Of a DNA stretch of 64,000 nt, positions 44,939-54,982 are shown in pieces. Numbering within the stretch: the first letter of the stretch is position 1; every line of letters begins with the position of its first letter. The notes beneath the pieces are model-generated. The model searched no databases and had not been told where the DNA came from. It was given only the letters and a program-made list of their open reading frames with translations. A program made the translations under genes and the position numbers. Source of the DNA: an uncultured Enterobacteriaceae bacterium (GTDB lineage Bacteria; Desulfobacterota; Binatia; Bin18); assembly GCA_964441775.1 (NCBI GenBank), contig CAYTVL010000005.1, forward strand, positions 160,395 through 224,394, read 5' to 3'.

Positions 44939-47155
44939 TCACCAGGGTCGCTCCGGAGCTACGCGACCGCCGTGCGTCTCCTGCCATGCTTTCCGCATCA
45001 GGATGGCAATGGCGCGCGATTCCTCAGCTTTTGCTTGCCGCTCGGGATCGCGGCTATGTACGTGACGCAGCGCACGAACGGCATGCCAGACGGTCTCTAG
45101 ACTTCGCGCAAGCCACGCACAGCACACTCCGTGATGTTTATAGTAATAGAGCAGCGCGCTGCGCATGCGCCACAACATCAGTTGCGAGCCCGAGGACGCC
45201 AGGGTCAAGTGCTTCACAGTTTTGGAGGACTCACCGCCAAGATGCACGACCACCACATCCGGCCAGTACCAAACCTTGTGTCCTGCAGCACGAATGCGGC
45301 GGCACAGATCGACCTCTTCATAGTAAAGAAAAAACCGTTCGTCAAAATGCCCAACTTGTTCGAGGACCGCGCGACGGATGATGGCGAACGCGCCCGGCGT
45401 CCACTCCACCGCCGCGGGCTGCAACGGATCAGCCCAGGTACGGTCCACTCGCCCAAAGAATCGTGAGCGTGGGAATTTCGCGGCTAAGCCGGAAAGCGCG
45501 AGGAAATCATTCAAAGGTGAAGGAAACAGTCGCGCCGAGGGCTGCCAGGAATCATCCCTCCCAACCAACCGCGCCCCAGCAAGCCCCACGTGCGGCGCTG
45601 CGTCCATGTGTGTCACGGCGCGCCTCAAGGCGCCCGGGCGTGGAAATGCATCCGAATTCAGCAACACGAGGTAACGCCCCTGCGCCGCCGCGAAGGCGCA
45701 ATTATTCGCCGCCGCAAAGCCGAGGTTTTCTTGACTACGGATCAGCCGCACCCAGGGAAACGAGGAGGCAACCATCTCCGGCGATCCGTCATTCGAAGCA
45801 TTGTCTACAACAATGACTTCATAAGAAACGCCAACCGCTTCTCGTTGCACGGTTAACAAACATTCGCGGAGCAGCTCGCGGGTATTGAACGAGACAACGA
45901 CGATTGAGGCGTCTAACGCTTCGTCGGACTTCGGGGACGACAGTGGAGGCGCGGTGCGTGGCGTGCGCACCCACGCCGCATCCGGTCGAGCGGTACGCAA
46001 CAGCGCTGGAATCAAAGTGAGCTTCCACAACAAATACACCGGCGCGGTCACCAGGGCAGCCGCATCGCTCCAGGTGCCGCCGCAGGTTGCCAACGCCACG
46101 AGCACATGCCCGCTCACCAGGCTGAGACCGATGAGTGCATACGCTTGGAGAGCTGCGATGGGCGTTATCAACGCAGCGAGGAGCAGCGCGGCATGAAAGG
46201 CCAGAGGCAACAACAGCAGCTCCAACAAAGGTTCAACGAGGCGCCAACGTCCTTGGAGAATCTCGCGGCCCAGCGGCAAGGCCATATCGCGGAGCACCCG
46301 CAGTCGCCCGCCCTCCCAACGCGTCCGTTGGGTGACCATACCGGCGCCGCGCGCGGGCATCTCCGCCCATACAGTCGTGGCGTCGACAAAGCGCACCTTT
46401 CGTCCAGCGCGCACGAGCCGTAGATGATACTCCAAGTCTTCCACCACCGACCGCACCGTATAAGGAACGGCCAGCAAGGTCTCTTTTGTCAAGACAAAGC
46501 CGTTTCCCAAAATCCCCGCCGAATAGCCCCAATAGTCACGGCCACGCGGACGCAGCACGTTAAACGCCAACAAGGCTACGCGCATGAGTCGCGTGCGGGA
46601 GGAGTCCGTCGCATTGTGTACGAGGTAGCGCACCTGCACGGCGTCGGCGCCTTCCGCCAGTAGACGACGGCACTCTACGAGAAAATTCGTCTCGACAACC
46701 GTGTCAGCATCAACCACTGCGTACGCGTCCCACGGCTCTGTCAACAATTGCTCAAAGGCAAAGGCCAGGGCGCATCCTTTCCCCCGTTGCTGGAGATCCT
46801 GCCGGATCAACACACGGGCGCCGGCAGCGCGCGCGCGTTCGGCGGTGGCGTCCGTACAATTGTCGGCCACGACAACAATGCCGGAGGGGTCAGCTTTCTC
46901 GCACGCCAGCAGGCTCTGCACACAGCGTTGGATCAAGACTTCTTCGTTATGCGCAGGGACGACAACGGCGAGACGCAGCGGCGGGGTCTCTCGCGACGGA
47001 GATCCATCAGACGCGCGGGGCGCTCGGAATCGCCATAGCAGTCCGCCCCACGTCACGAGCAGCAACTCGCATGCCCCAGGAAGGGTGAGCAGAATTACGA
47101 CTAACCCACTCACACTCTCCATCACTGTCCAAAGCGTTTCACTCATACGCATCAC
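44939..47155 (-). CDS. bifunctional glycosyltransferase with two GT2 (GT-A) domains separated by a TM region
   Basis: GT2 domain 1 (LAVVVPAHNEE...VVADNCTD...VVDADT) and GT2 domain 2 (IVVVSFNTRELL...VIVVDNASNDGS...LNSDAF). Confidence 0.75.
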   Translation of the reverse strand: MMRMSETLWTVMESVSGLVVILLTLPGACELLLVTWGGLLWRFRAPRASDGSPSRETPPLRLAVVVPAHNEEVLIQRCVQSLLACEKADPSGIVVVADNCTDATAERARAAGARVLIRQDLQQRGKGCALAFAFEQLLTEPWDAYAVVDADTVVETNFLVECRRLLAEGADAVQVRYLVHNATDSSRTRLMRVALLAFNVLRPRGRDYWGYSAGILGNGFVLTKETLLAVPYTVRSVVEDLEYHLRLVRAGRKVRFVDATTVWAEMPARGAGMVTQRTRWEGGRLRVLRDMALPLGREILQGRWRLVEPLLELLLLPLAFHAALLLAALITPIAALQAYALIGLSLVSGHVLVALATCGGTWSDAAALVTAPVYLLWKLTLIPALLRTARPDAAWVRTPRTAPPLSSPKSDEALDASIVVVSFNTRELLRECLLTVQREAVGVSYEVIVVDNASNDGSPEMVASSFPWVRLIRSQENLGFAAANNCAFAAAQGRYLVLLNSDAFPRPGALRRAVTHMDAAPHVGLAGARLVGRDDSWQPSARLFPSPLNDFLALSGLAAKFPRSRFFGRVDRTWADPLQPAAVEWTPGAFAIIRRAVLEQVGHFDERFFLYYEEVDLCRRIRAAGHKVWYWPDVVVVHLGGESSKTVKHLTLASSGSQLMLWRMRSALLYYYKHHGVCCAWLARSLETVWHAVRALRHVHSRDPERQAKAEESRAIAILMRKAWQETHGGRVAPERPW

Positions 47156-47162
47156 TCTCGCA

Positions 47163-49382
47163 TCATTGACTTTCCCCCAAAGGCGGCAGCACCACCAATC
47201 CCCAAGCTGGAAGATTGATTGACACCTCAGTACCCTTGGCGATCACCGGCTCTTCGAGTATGCGCACTTCTTCAAGCGTTTCATTAGTCGCTTCGGGACT
47301 TGTCGCAGCAAGCCGTAACAAGCGTCGCGGCAACGAATCAATCGCCACCGATGGGAATTGCATGGTAACGGTGCGAGGGTACGAGACGGCGGACACCAAC
47401 GCCGCAGCCCAGCCCGCCGGAGAATGAAACACACTGACGGTGAGATCCGTCAGGGGCCGCCCTTCAAGGTCGCGCACAACGTGAAGATCCCCAGCCGTTA
47501 CCTTATTGAGCATCTCTAACGCCAAGCCGGTCGGACGAAATCGCCGGGTCGCGCCTAAGTCGCGCACGATACCCCAGAGTTTGGTAAACCCTGGAACCGT
47601 ACTCAGCTTGGTGTCGTAGCCAGCCAGGACGTACACGCATTGTCGTCGCGCTCCTAACACTAACGAGTCCAATAACCGCTTCGCCAACGCGCTTCCCGCC
47701 GCCGCGCCTGCAGTGATCCGATCGCGCTCGCTGGGAGGAGAGTCACCGCCCAAAGTATGGAGGTTGACTTCCGCAAGCGCCAGGTCCTTGCCCACTTGCC
47801 GCACTCCATCGGTCAACGTTTGCATCCGCCCTTCATCCCCTTGAAACAAGAGCGGTAGATTCGCTTGCATCAATCGTCCCGCTGGCAACTCGGATAAAAA
47901 GTAAGGAGCCACCGCCAACATCTCCGCCGTGGGCGTCTTTTTGATAAAATCAAGCGCATACGAAGGGTTGGCGTGTTGCCCATTCACGACAGTGCGAAGC
48001 GGGACGCCCGCTCCAGCCCCCTCACGTATTTTGCGAAAGGCGCGATCCGCCGCCGCTCCATGCGCTTGGGTGTTGGAGATGCCGCCGGGCCGGAAGATCG
48101 CGTTCCAATTCTCATTGCCAAATTCAACAAGAATTTCTGCAAAATGATCGGACGCCTGTCGCTGAGCGAGAAAACGACCCAGGCCAACCAACTCTTCATC
48201 ACCGAAGGTTGTTGGCACGATGAGCCAAGGACGCGCGTCAATCCGGCGACACAGGTCAAGAAACTCGGGCAACGAGTACCCGTAGTCAGCGCTATCCAAT
48301 CCTTCCGGACGATAACGTGAAGCGCGGCGCGCAAATGGCTCAGCTAGTCGATTTTCCAGCGTGTCTCCCAGTTGCCCTTGCCAATCGCGCAAATAGCCGG
48401 GTCGGAGCCGTTTCAGGGCGGCAATCACTTCCGGACGAAAGGCGCTTGGCGCACTCTGCCCCGCCAAGTCAGGTACCGGTCCAAGTTCGACATCATCAAC
48501 AAGGATGCGGCCCTGGACATCGGAGGTGCGAAAGCGCAGTTCAAGGACTGCCGCGCCAGAGTCAGTGGCGGAGAACGCAAATTCATATTGCTTCCACTCG
48601 CGCAGGGGCCGCACAACTTGAGAGACGAAAGGGGCAACGCCTTGGCGGCGAAACTCCACGTTCAAGGTCGGATCACCATCATCCAGCCGACACCAGAAGC
48701 GGAGCCGCCAAGCCCCGGAGACAGCCAGTAAACTCCCGGCGCGGTCGCTCATGGTGTCGAGATAGGACGCAATTTCCGCTGGACGTTGAGGAAGCGCGTG
48801 CAACGCTAGAGCGCGACGCCCAGGGCTTCCGGGGCGCGTCTGCCCTACGATCGTCGACACCTGGCCTCTCCCTTCTTGCGGCGTCCACCAATGCGTGGGC
48901 GGCAAGGAGTCGGTCTGGCGAGACAAGGCAATGACGTTACCGGGCTCTAGCACAGGAACCTCATCTTCGGAAATAAACTCCGGCAGTCCACCGCGCCCCA
49001 CGCGTCGAGAATCCCCCAAACGCCCGACATGGCCCGCTGAAGGACCAGTCCGCACCTCATAGCGCGCCCCGGCCCAAAACCCGTCGGGGCGCGCCAGCCA
49101 TGCGGTATCGTCAGTGAAACGCTGCTTGTCCGCTCCTTGCACGAGGACAATGGCCCGATCATCGACCCCTTCGAAGCCGGGGTTCTTCAAAACATTCGCC
49201 ATGAGTTGCTCGGCGCCCCAGGTCGTCCAGACCCCAAGATTCACGCCGAAACGTTGCACATCTTTTACCGTAATCGTCGGTTCAACCTGGATATGGAAAG
49301 ACTCCTCAGCCGCTGACATGCGCACGGACGCTAATGCGAGCACGCCCAACAGAACACGAAAGTATCGCGCCCCGCTCTCCAT
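47163..49382 (-). CDS. secreted TIM-barrel glycoside hydrolase-like protein (clan GH-A-like, PslG/arabinofuranosidase-like) with beta-sandwich domains
   Basis: Signal peptide; NPGFEG near the N-terminus; EFGNENWN resembles the NEP/GNE acid/base motif of GH-A enzymes. Family not assignable by eye. Confidence 0.4.
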   Translation of the reverse strand: MESGARYFRVLLGVLALASVRMSAAEESFHIQVEPTITVKDVQRFGVNLGVWTTWGAEQLMANVLKNPGFEGVDDRAIVLVQGADKQRFTDDTAWLARPDGFWAGARYEVRTGPSAGHVGRLGDSRRVGRGGLPEFISEDEVPVLEPGNVIALSRQTDSLPPTHWWTPQEGRGQVSTIVGQTRPGSPGRRALALHALPQRPAEIASYLDTMSDRAGSLLAVSGAWRLRFWCRLDDGDPTLNVEFRRQGVAPFVSQVVRPLREWKQYEFAFSATDSGAAVLELRFRTSDVQGRILVDDVELGPVPDLAGQSAPSAFRPEVIAALKRLRPGYLRDWQGQLGDTLENRLAEPFARRASRYRPEGLDSADYGYSLPEFLDLCRRIDARPWLIVPTTFGDEELVGLGRFLAQRQASDHFAEILVEFGNENWNAIFRPGGISNTQAHGAAADRAFRKIREGAGAGVPLRTVVNGQHANPSYALDFIKKTPTAEMLAVAPYFLSELPAGRLMQANLPLLFQGDEGRMQTLTDGVRQVGKDLALAEVNLHTLGGDSPPSERDRITAGAAAGSALAKRLLDSLVLGARRQCVYVLAGYDTKLSTVPGFTKLWGIVRDLGATRRFRPTGLALEMLNKVTAGDLHVVRDLEGRPLTDLTVSVFHSPAGWAAALVSAVSYPRTVTMQFPSVAIDSLPRRLLRLAATSPEATNETLEEVRILEEPVIAKGTEVSINLPAWGLVVLPPLGESQ

Positions 49383-50665
49383 CAGGCTCCTCTGATGCGC
49401 TGCTGAAAAATCTCGGCCAACCGTGCGGTATTGCGTTGCAGATCGTACCGCTCCAGGATCCTTCGGCGGCCCGCGCCGCCTAAACGCAGGCGCAAGGCGG
49501 GGTCGTCCATCAGTCGGATGAGCGCCCCGGTGAGAGCTTCCTCGTCCCCAGGCGCCACCAAGAGGCCCTCACGCTCATGACGAATCAATTCAGGAATGCC
49601 AGCAATCCACGTTGTCACACAGGGAATTTCCCTCGCCATAGCCTCCATCAGCACCACTGGAATCCCCTCCGCGAAGCTGGGCAATACAAAAATGTCAGCG
49701 GCGTCGTAAAAAATGCGGAGCTGATCTTGATTCACCGCCCCGGCGAACTCAACCTGTTGACATAATCCGCGCCTCGCCGTCTCCGCTTCAAGCTGGTCCC
49801 GACCGGGACCAGCACCAACAAAACGGAGGCGCACGTTACGTCCCGCTTGCACCAACTGCTGGCAGGCGGCAAGAAGCACGGCCTGACCTTTGACCGGGAC
49901 AAGTCGGCCCACGCAGAGGATCTCGAAGGGCGCGGAGTGACTCCGAAAAGGGCGTGGAGCAAAGACAGAAAGATCAACACCCAAGGGCGACACTGCAAAT
50001 TTCGGCCATAGCGACGGAGGGGACAAGCTCATCAATTGACTGCGTGCATACGACCCAATACAGCAAATGAAAGACGCCCCGGCGATTTTTTCCGCGAGTC
50101 GATGACCGGACACGTCGAAGAATTCGTCGGGTCCATGCACGGTCAGAGAAAACGTGAGCGGGAAGATGCGCGCGGCAATGAGCGCCACCGTTGCGGCCGG
50201 GGTAGCAAAATGCACGTGTACGTGGGTGAGTCGCCTCGCGTTCATCCATTGGCCAAGCAACACCGCTTCACCAAAATAAAAAAGATTCCAGAGCAGCTTG
50301 CGGAGATCCACGCCTCCCAAACGCAGCGCCGCCCAGAGCCCGCGCCCATATGCCTGCGGTCGGCGGCAAAGCGTCGTGACATGCGCGCGCACGAGAGCAA
50401 CAATGTCGACTTGCTTCACGACATAGGTGCACGCCGCTTCTTCTCGCTCTTCTTGGGTCATGGCGGCGTGCGGTCGATCCGCGGGATTGATGGAGGCGAC
50501 GTGAATCTCGTGCCCCATCGCACGTAGGCCTCGGACCTCGCGGAGAATGAACGTATGCGAGACTGCGGGATACTGGCTAACAAGATAGGCCAGGCGCAGG
50601 AAATGTTCCTGCTTGTCAGAAAAATGAGAGACCGGCAGCGAAGAAACCGCCGAGGGTGGTTTCAT
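49382..50665 (-). CDS. GT4 glycosyltransferase (WcaL/AmsK-like)
   Basis: N-terminus YLVSQYPAVSHTFILREV and C-terminal GT-B EX7E region (FVLPSFAEGIPVVLMEAMA). ATGA overlap with the upstream gene. Confidence 0.8.
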   Translation of the reverse strand: MKPPSAVSSLPVSHFSDKQEHFLRLAYLVSQYPAVSHTFILREVRGLRAMGHEIHVASINPADRPHAAMTQEEREEAACTYVVKQVDIVALVRAHVTTLCRRPQAYGRGLWAALRLGGVDLRKLLWNLFYFGEAVLLGQWMNARRLTHVHVHFATPAATVALIAARIFPLTFSLTVHGPDEFFDVSGHRLAEKIAGASFICCIGSYARSQLMSLSPPSLWPKFAVSPLGVDLSVFAPRPFRSHSAPFEILCVGRLVPVKGQAVLLAACQQLVQAGRNVRLRFVGAGPGRDQLEAETARRGLCQQVEFAGAVNQDQLRIFYDAADIFVLPSFAEGIPVVLMEAMAREIPCVTTWIAGIPELIRHEREGLLVAPGDEEALTGALIRLMDDPALRLRLGGAGRRRILERYDLQRNTARLAEIFQQRIRGA

Positions 50666-52008
50666 GACATCACCCGTTGAAAACGAAAAAGCGGCGCCAA
50701 CGGCGCTGGAGCCGCTACGGTCGTCTCCGCGAGCTGTCCACTACGCATCTTCAGCAAGAGTCCTTCGGACCACCCCGTGAGAAAAAAGAAGAGCTGTACG
50801 GTCTGTGCGCCGAGGTACACGGACGTCAAGGTTGCGGCAATGACCACGTACGAGGCAAAGAAAGTGAGCGCGAGTTCGCTCTCGGGCGATCCACGGGGAG
50901 CACGCACGCCGAATCGGCACAATCGTGTCCCAGTCCAAAAAAAGATCGCCAGGAAAAATCCCAGCGCCACCAGGCCATGCTGAATCGGCAGTAGGAGATA
51001 CTGATTATCGATGGAATCCATGCTGGATACGCGCGGCCAGGTGTTATGCCCCCACCCCCAGTCAGATTTCCGCCACATGACATCGACGTATTTTTCGAGC
51101 AGCTCTCTGCGGTAGGCAATGGTCTCTTGGGCGTCAGATACGGCTTTTGAGCGTTTGACGGACAGGTAGCCTTTCATGGCTAACAGCGCTGGCGCGAGGA
51201 TCAGTACACAGAGCATTAGGACCGCTCCTATCGCGCGCTTGCGGTTTTTCGCCCGCGTGATCAGCAGCACGACGGCGCCACATCCCGCCCCGATCCAGGG
51301 TCCACGACACATCGTCATGAATAAGCCGCCAGCCAAGCCTAACGAAATGCGCCGCGCCTTTTGCGGCGTTTCCCAGTGTTTGCCCCACTCCAACCATCGC
51401 TGCAACCGGAAGCCAACGGCGAAGATTAGCCCGGCAAGAATGGCGTGCCCATACGGTCCAGCAATACGCGCAAAGCCCCACCGGAAGGTCGTGACCCAAT
51501 TGAGTTGGCCGGGGAAAAAGCGCGCCAAGAGCCCCGCATAGGGGTTCCACGCCATTTTGAATTCGTAGACAGAGGTCACGGCGACCACGCATAAAAGCAA
51601 CACCACGCGCTTGGCTGTCGCCACCCGCATGTTATGCGGCTCGATGATTCCCTTCGCCAAGATATACACACACGCCACACTACAGACTTGGTCGAACATG
51701 AGATTCTGCGCGTCGGCATAGCCGAGGTTTACATATTCGGAGTAGCCGATGCTTACCGCATACCCCACGACAAGCACGTCGCTCAGCGAAAAGCGCCACC
51801 GCGCCCCTTTGGCGAGGAAAGCCACAAGCAGCGGCAGAATGGCGGCATGATGAAAATTCGGATCGGGCAGCCCGGGCGCTACCCAGCGATAATAATCCGG
51901 CAGCAACAAAAGCGTCGGCAGATAGACGTTAAGGAACACCGTCGCCGTCGACTGCACGAACAGGCACGCCAACACGAGAAGGCCGGGGACAAGCGCCAAG
52001 ATTTGCAT
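50662..52008 (-). CDS. O-antigen ligase/polymerase (Wzy/WaaL-like) polytopic membrane protein
   Basis: ~11 TM helices with a large periplasmic loop containing conserved-looking R/H residues (GFARIAGPYGHAILAG). Confidence 0.55.
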   Translation of the reverse strand: MQILALVPGLLVLACLFVQSTATVFLNVYLPTLLLLPDYYRWVAPGLPDPNFHHAAILPLLVAFLAKGARWRFSLSDVLVVGYAVSIGYSEYVNLGYADAQNLMFDQVCSVACVYILAKGIIEPHNMRVATAKRVVLLLCVVAVTSVYEFKMAWNPYAGLLARFFPGQLNWVTTFRWGFARIAGPYGHAILAGLIFAVGFRLQRWLEWGKHWETPQKARRISLGLAGGLFMTMCRGPWIGAGCGAVVLLITRAKNRKRAIGAVLMLCVLILAPALLAMKGYLSVKRSKAVSDAQETIAYRRELLEKYVDVMWRKSDWGWGHNTWPRVSSMDSIDNQYLLLPIQHGLVALGFFLAIFFWTGTRLCRFGVRAPRGSPESELALTFFASYVVIAATLTSVYLGAQTVQLFFFLTGWSEGLLLKMRSGQLAETTVAAPAPLAPLFRFQRVMS

Positions 52009-52059
52009 ACGAAGCCTACCCAAGCAGGGACTGGATGGTTGTTGACATGAGAGACATTG

Positions 52060-53358
52060 TCACTGTTCTTGTGACTCCAGCACTTTTCGGTACCAGGCAA
52101 GCGCTTGCTCGATCTTCATGGGCCAGCCGTAGTGCTGCTCGGCCCTCCGTCGTCCCTCTTCTCCACGGCGATGCCAGGCAGCGGGGTTACGGACAATGTC
52201 GCGTAGCGCATGAGCGATGTCGTCAACAACCGCCTCGGCAGTGATGGGCAGAGCAGTGTAGCCGACTCCATTGTCGACGACTTCCGCCGGACCACCAAAC
52301 GCTACGGCGATCACCGGTCTGGCGCACGCCATTGCTTCCAGCAGCACTGCTCCGCCAGATTCGCGCACGGACGGCAAACACAACACGTGCGCGTCGTGTA
52401 AGTGAACGGCTACTTGGGCAGCGGAACATGCGCCGTAAAACGTGACGCACTCCGCCAGCCCTAAAGCGACCGTCTCGCGCCGCCAGGCCTCCTCCATTGG
52501 GCCTTCTCCCACAACGGCAAGTTGTACGGGAACTTCTTGGCGTATTTTCGTCAGGGCCTTGAGCAAAAGCGGTAGGCCTTTGACCGGCGTCAAGCGTCCG
52601 ACAAAAGCGATACATAGGGGCCGCGTCCCAGAAGGCGCAACTGGCCACGGCGCAGGCGAGAACACGTCGAGATCGACGCCATTCTCCACCATGGTCACAC
52701 ATCGCGAGTGACACGCGGACGGCAATGCATTCCGTGTGGTCCGTGTCGCTGTCAAAATGACGGCGGCGTGCCGCGTGGCGCCAATGGCCCAGTCCGCCAC
52801 ACGGCCAAGTTGCCGCAGCGAAGACAACCAATTCGCATCTTGGCGCACGATATCCGCAAAGGCAGGGGGCGTACTCAGTCCGCCATTCCAGGGCCCCACG
52901 AGCAACGGAGCACCGAGGCGGTGAAGACGTGTAACGGCTACGGGGGAAACCGGCGTCACGGCATGCACCACATCCCATCGCGTCCCTTGCGCCATGCGAG
53001 CACGTAAGACGCGCTCAGCTTCTCGGTCATACACGAAAAAGTCGAGCGACGATAAAAGCAGGGCCGCGTGTGGACTGCGAGGAAACAGTTGAGTAGCAAG
53101 CCGATGGAGGGGTCCGGCAAACCACTCGGTATCTATATAAATGCGCTCAGAGCCAGAGCCCGACCCTCCGGCTTGCTCGATCGCGGGACGGTTCCGAACG
53201 TGGGTCACAAGCGTCACCGGGGTCCGCGCCGCCAACCGCGAGTACCATTCCCAACCGATCTGTGACACCGACCCCATGCCTGGCCCACATTGATAGGCGG
53301 CAAGAAGCACGTGAGGGGCGCCCGTGGAAGACTGCACCTGGGGGCTTTCCGAGGTCAT
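52060..53358 (-). CDS. GT4 glycosyltransferase
   Basis: GT-B fold with the C-terminal motif LCLPSVRESGGAVLLEAMACARPVIA. Confidence 0.8.
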   Translation of the reverse strand: MTSESPQVQSSTGAPHVLLAAYQCGPGMGSVSQIGWEWYSRLAARTPVTLVTHVRNRPAIEQAGGSGSGSERIYIDTEWFAGPLHRLATQLFPRSPHAALLLSSLDFFVYDREAERVLRARMAQGTRWDVVHAVTPVSPVAVTRLHRLGAPLLVGPWNGGLSTPPAFADIVRQDANWLSSLRQLGRVADWAIGATRHAAVILTATRTTRNALPSACHSRCVTMVENGVDLDVFSPAPWPVAPSGTRPLCIAFVGRLTPVKGLPLLLKALTKIRQEVPVQLAVVGEGPMEEAWRRETVALGLAECVTFYGACSAAQVAVHLHDAHVLCLPSVRESGGAVLLEAMACARPVIAVAFGGPAEVVDNGVGYTALPITAEAVVDDIAHALRDIVRNPAAWHRRGEEGRRRAEQHYGWPMKIEQALAWYRKVLESQEQ

Positions 53359-53942
53359 GCCGCCTCCCGCACGGGCACCGGTTTCGCTGGAGCCCCAACC
53401 ACGACGGCGCCAGCGGGCACGTCGCGCGTCACCACCGCATTAGCGCCAACCACCGCTCTGTCACCAATGGTTACTCCAGGCAAGACAGTGACGCCGCGCC
53501 CAATCCAGACGTGACATCCAACGGTAATCGGGGCGGCGTCATATCCAGCCGTCCGTAATACGTGGGCGTGGCTAAAACGGTGATTCGCGTCCCGCAGGCT
53601 CGTATACTCACCAATCATCGACCCAGCGCCGACTCTTACCTGCGCGAAGGAAACGATATGCACTCCGCGCGAAATGACGACGTTATCCCCAATGAAAATT
53701 TCCCCGTCGCCTTGCGTTTCAAAATAGAGCTCGCGGTACAAATAGAGGTGGGCGCCAAACGTGATGCGCCCCGTGCCGTGAACCTCCGGGACATCAAGGA
53801 TCACCACGGACAGGTCCAGCGACGAGTGAATCTTCTCCGCCAAACGCGCGTGCGCCCAGGCGCGACGAAGAGGCTCAAGTATGGTGGAAGTGAGGTGCGC
53901 AAAGGGCGCGAGCAGACGCAGCGCAAGAGCCTTGTTGTTCAT
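53355..53942 (-). CDS. hexapeptide-repeat (LbH) sugar O-acyltransferase (WbbJ/PglD-like)
   Basis: Left-handed beta-helix repeats (IGDNVVISRGVHIV...VGAGSMIGEYTSL...VWIGRGVTVLPGVTIGDRAVVGANAVV). Confidence 0.7.
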   Translation of the reverse strand: MNNKALALRLLAPFAHLTSTILEPLRRAWAHARLAEKIHSSLDLSVVILDVPEVHGTGRITFGAHLYLYRELYFETQGDGEIFIGDNVVISRGVHIVSFAQVRVGAGSMIGEYTSLRDANHRFSHAHVLRTAGYDAAPITVGCHVWIGRGVTVLPGVTIGDRAVVGANAVVTRDVPAGAVVVGAPAKPVPVREAA

Positions 53943-54982
53943 GAACGCGCTTCTTTATACTCCATCACGGCGCGCTTGCGCCCAACCCAAGCGTCACGCC
54001 AATACCCGAGTTGTCCGACGAGAATAGGCAATTGTTGCACATGCGCATGCACGCCATACAGCAAGAGCGAGAACGGATTGTCATCCTTCCAACGCGCACG
54101 GTACCCGGAGCGCGCCACCAAAACATTGAAGAGCATCGCTAGCAACAGCAACGGCGCGACAGATCGTGTGGTCAGCGCATGCCCGAGACCGCCAGCGATG
54201 ACGAGACAGAGGAAAAGCGCATGGATGACGTTGCGACGCGATTCATACCGCCACAGGGAAGAAGCTTTCGTCCTGGAGCGATTCGCCACCGCCGCGTATG
54301 CATAGCCAGCCCGTTGCGCGCGCCGCCAATATTGTGACCAGCGGGTGATGGCTAAATCGTGCCCCGTCATAGGCGCATCGATATGCAAAATCCGATAGCC
54401 TCGCGCTCGCAGACGTTGACACAGTTCCGGCTCTTCTCCCGCGATCAACTCTTCGTCATACCCGCCTACTTCGGCAAGTACGGAACGTCGCATCAATGCG
54501 TCTCCACCACAAAACAAGGATGGGCCAGGCGCATAAATCCAGTCCAAATCGAGGACCCACTGATAAATGGAAGCTCGTGGATAGAGTTCTCGGCGGTGAC
54601 CCCACACCACTCCAACTTGCGGGTCGGCAAAGGCAGGGATAGCCTGGGCGACAAAATCCGGGTGGAGAATCGTATCTCCGTCAAGAAACAACACGAGCGG
54701 CGCAGTTGCATGTCGCCAGCCGAGATTGCGCCCCACTGCGGCGCAGGGCCTAGTGGAATGTACACTCACCACGGTGGCCCCCAGAGCGGCGGCCCACCGT
54801 GGACTCTCGTCTTCCGAGGCGGAATCCACATAGATCAGTTCCACTTGCTGTTGCGGCCAGCGCATGGCTCGCACGGAGGCGAGACAACGCACCAACCGCG
54901 CCCCTTCGTTGCGTCCAATCACGACAACGCTCAACGACGGCGTTTTCACATCATCAGGAGAAGAAGCGTGCGGCAGTGTCAC
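53939..54982 (-). CDS. GT2 glycosyltransferase
   Basis: LSVVVIGRNEGARL...LIYVDSASEDES...LFLDGDT (DXD) followed by a C-terminal TM region. Confidence 0.8.
   Translation of the reverse strand: MTLPHASSPDDVKTPSLSVVVIGRNEGARLVRCLASVRAMRWPQQQVELIYVDSASEDESPRWAAALGATVVSVHSTRPCAAVGRNLGWRHATAPLVLFLDGDTILHPDFVAQAIPAFADPQVGVVWGHRRELYPRASIYQWVLDLDWIYAPGPSLFCGGDALMRRSVLAEVGGYDEELIAGEEPELCQRLRARGYRILHIDAPMTGHDLAITRWSQYWRRAQRAGYAYAAVANRSRTKASSLWRYESRRNVIHALFLCLVIAGGLGHALTTRSVAPLLLLAMLFNVLVARSGYRARWKDDNPFSLLLYGVHAHVQQLPILVGQLGYWRDAWVGRKRAVMEYKEARS

Noticed and set aside
52223-52978. 251-aa minus-strand ORF inside the GT4 gene 52060..53358
   Set aside because: It is an alternative frame of a confident glycosyltransferase with Cys/Arg/Ala-rich low complexity. 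Similar shadow ORFs throughout the EPS cluster (e.g. 46701..47222, 53562..54305, 54359..55033) were rejected for the same reason.
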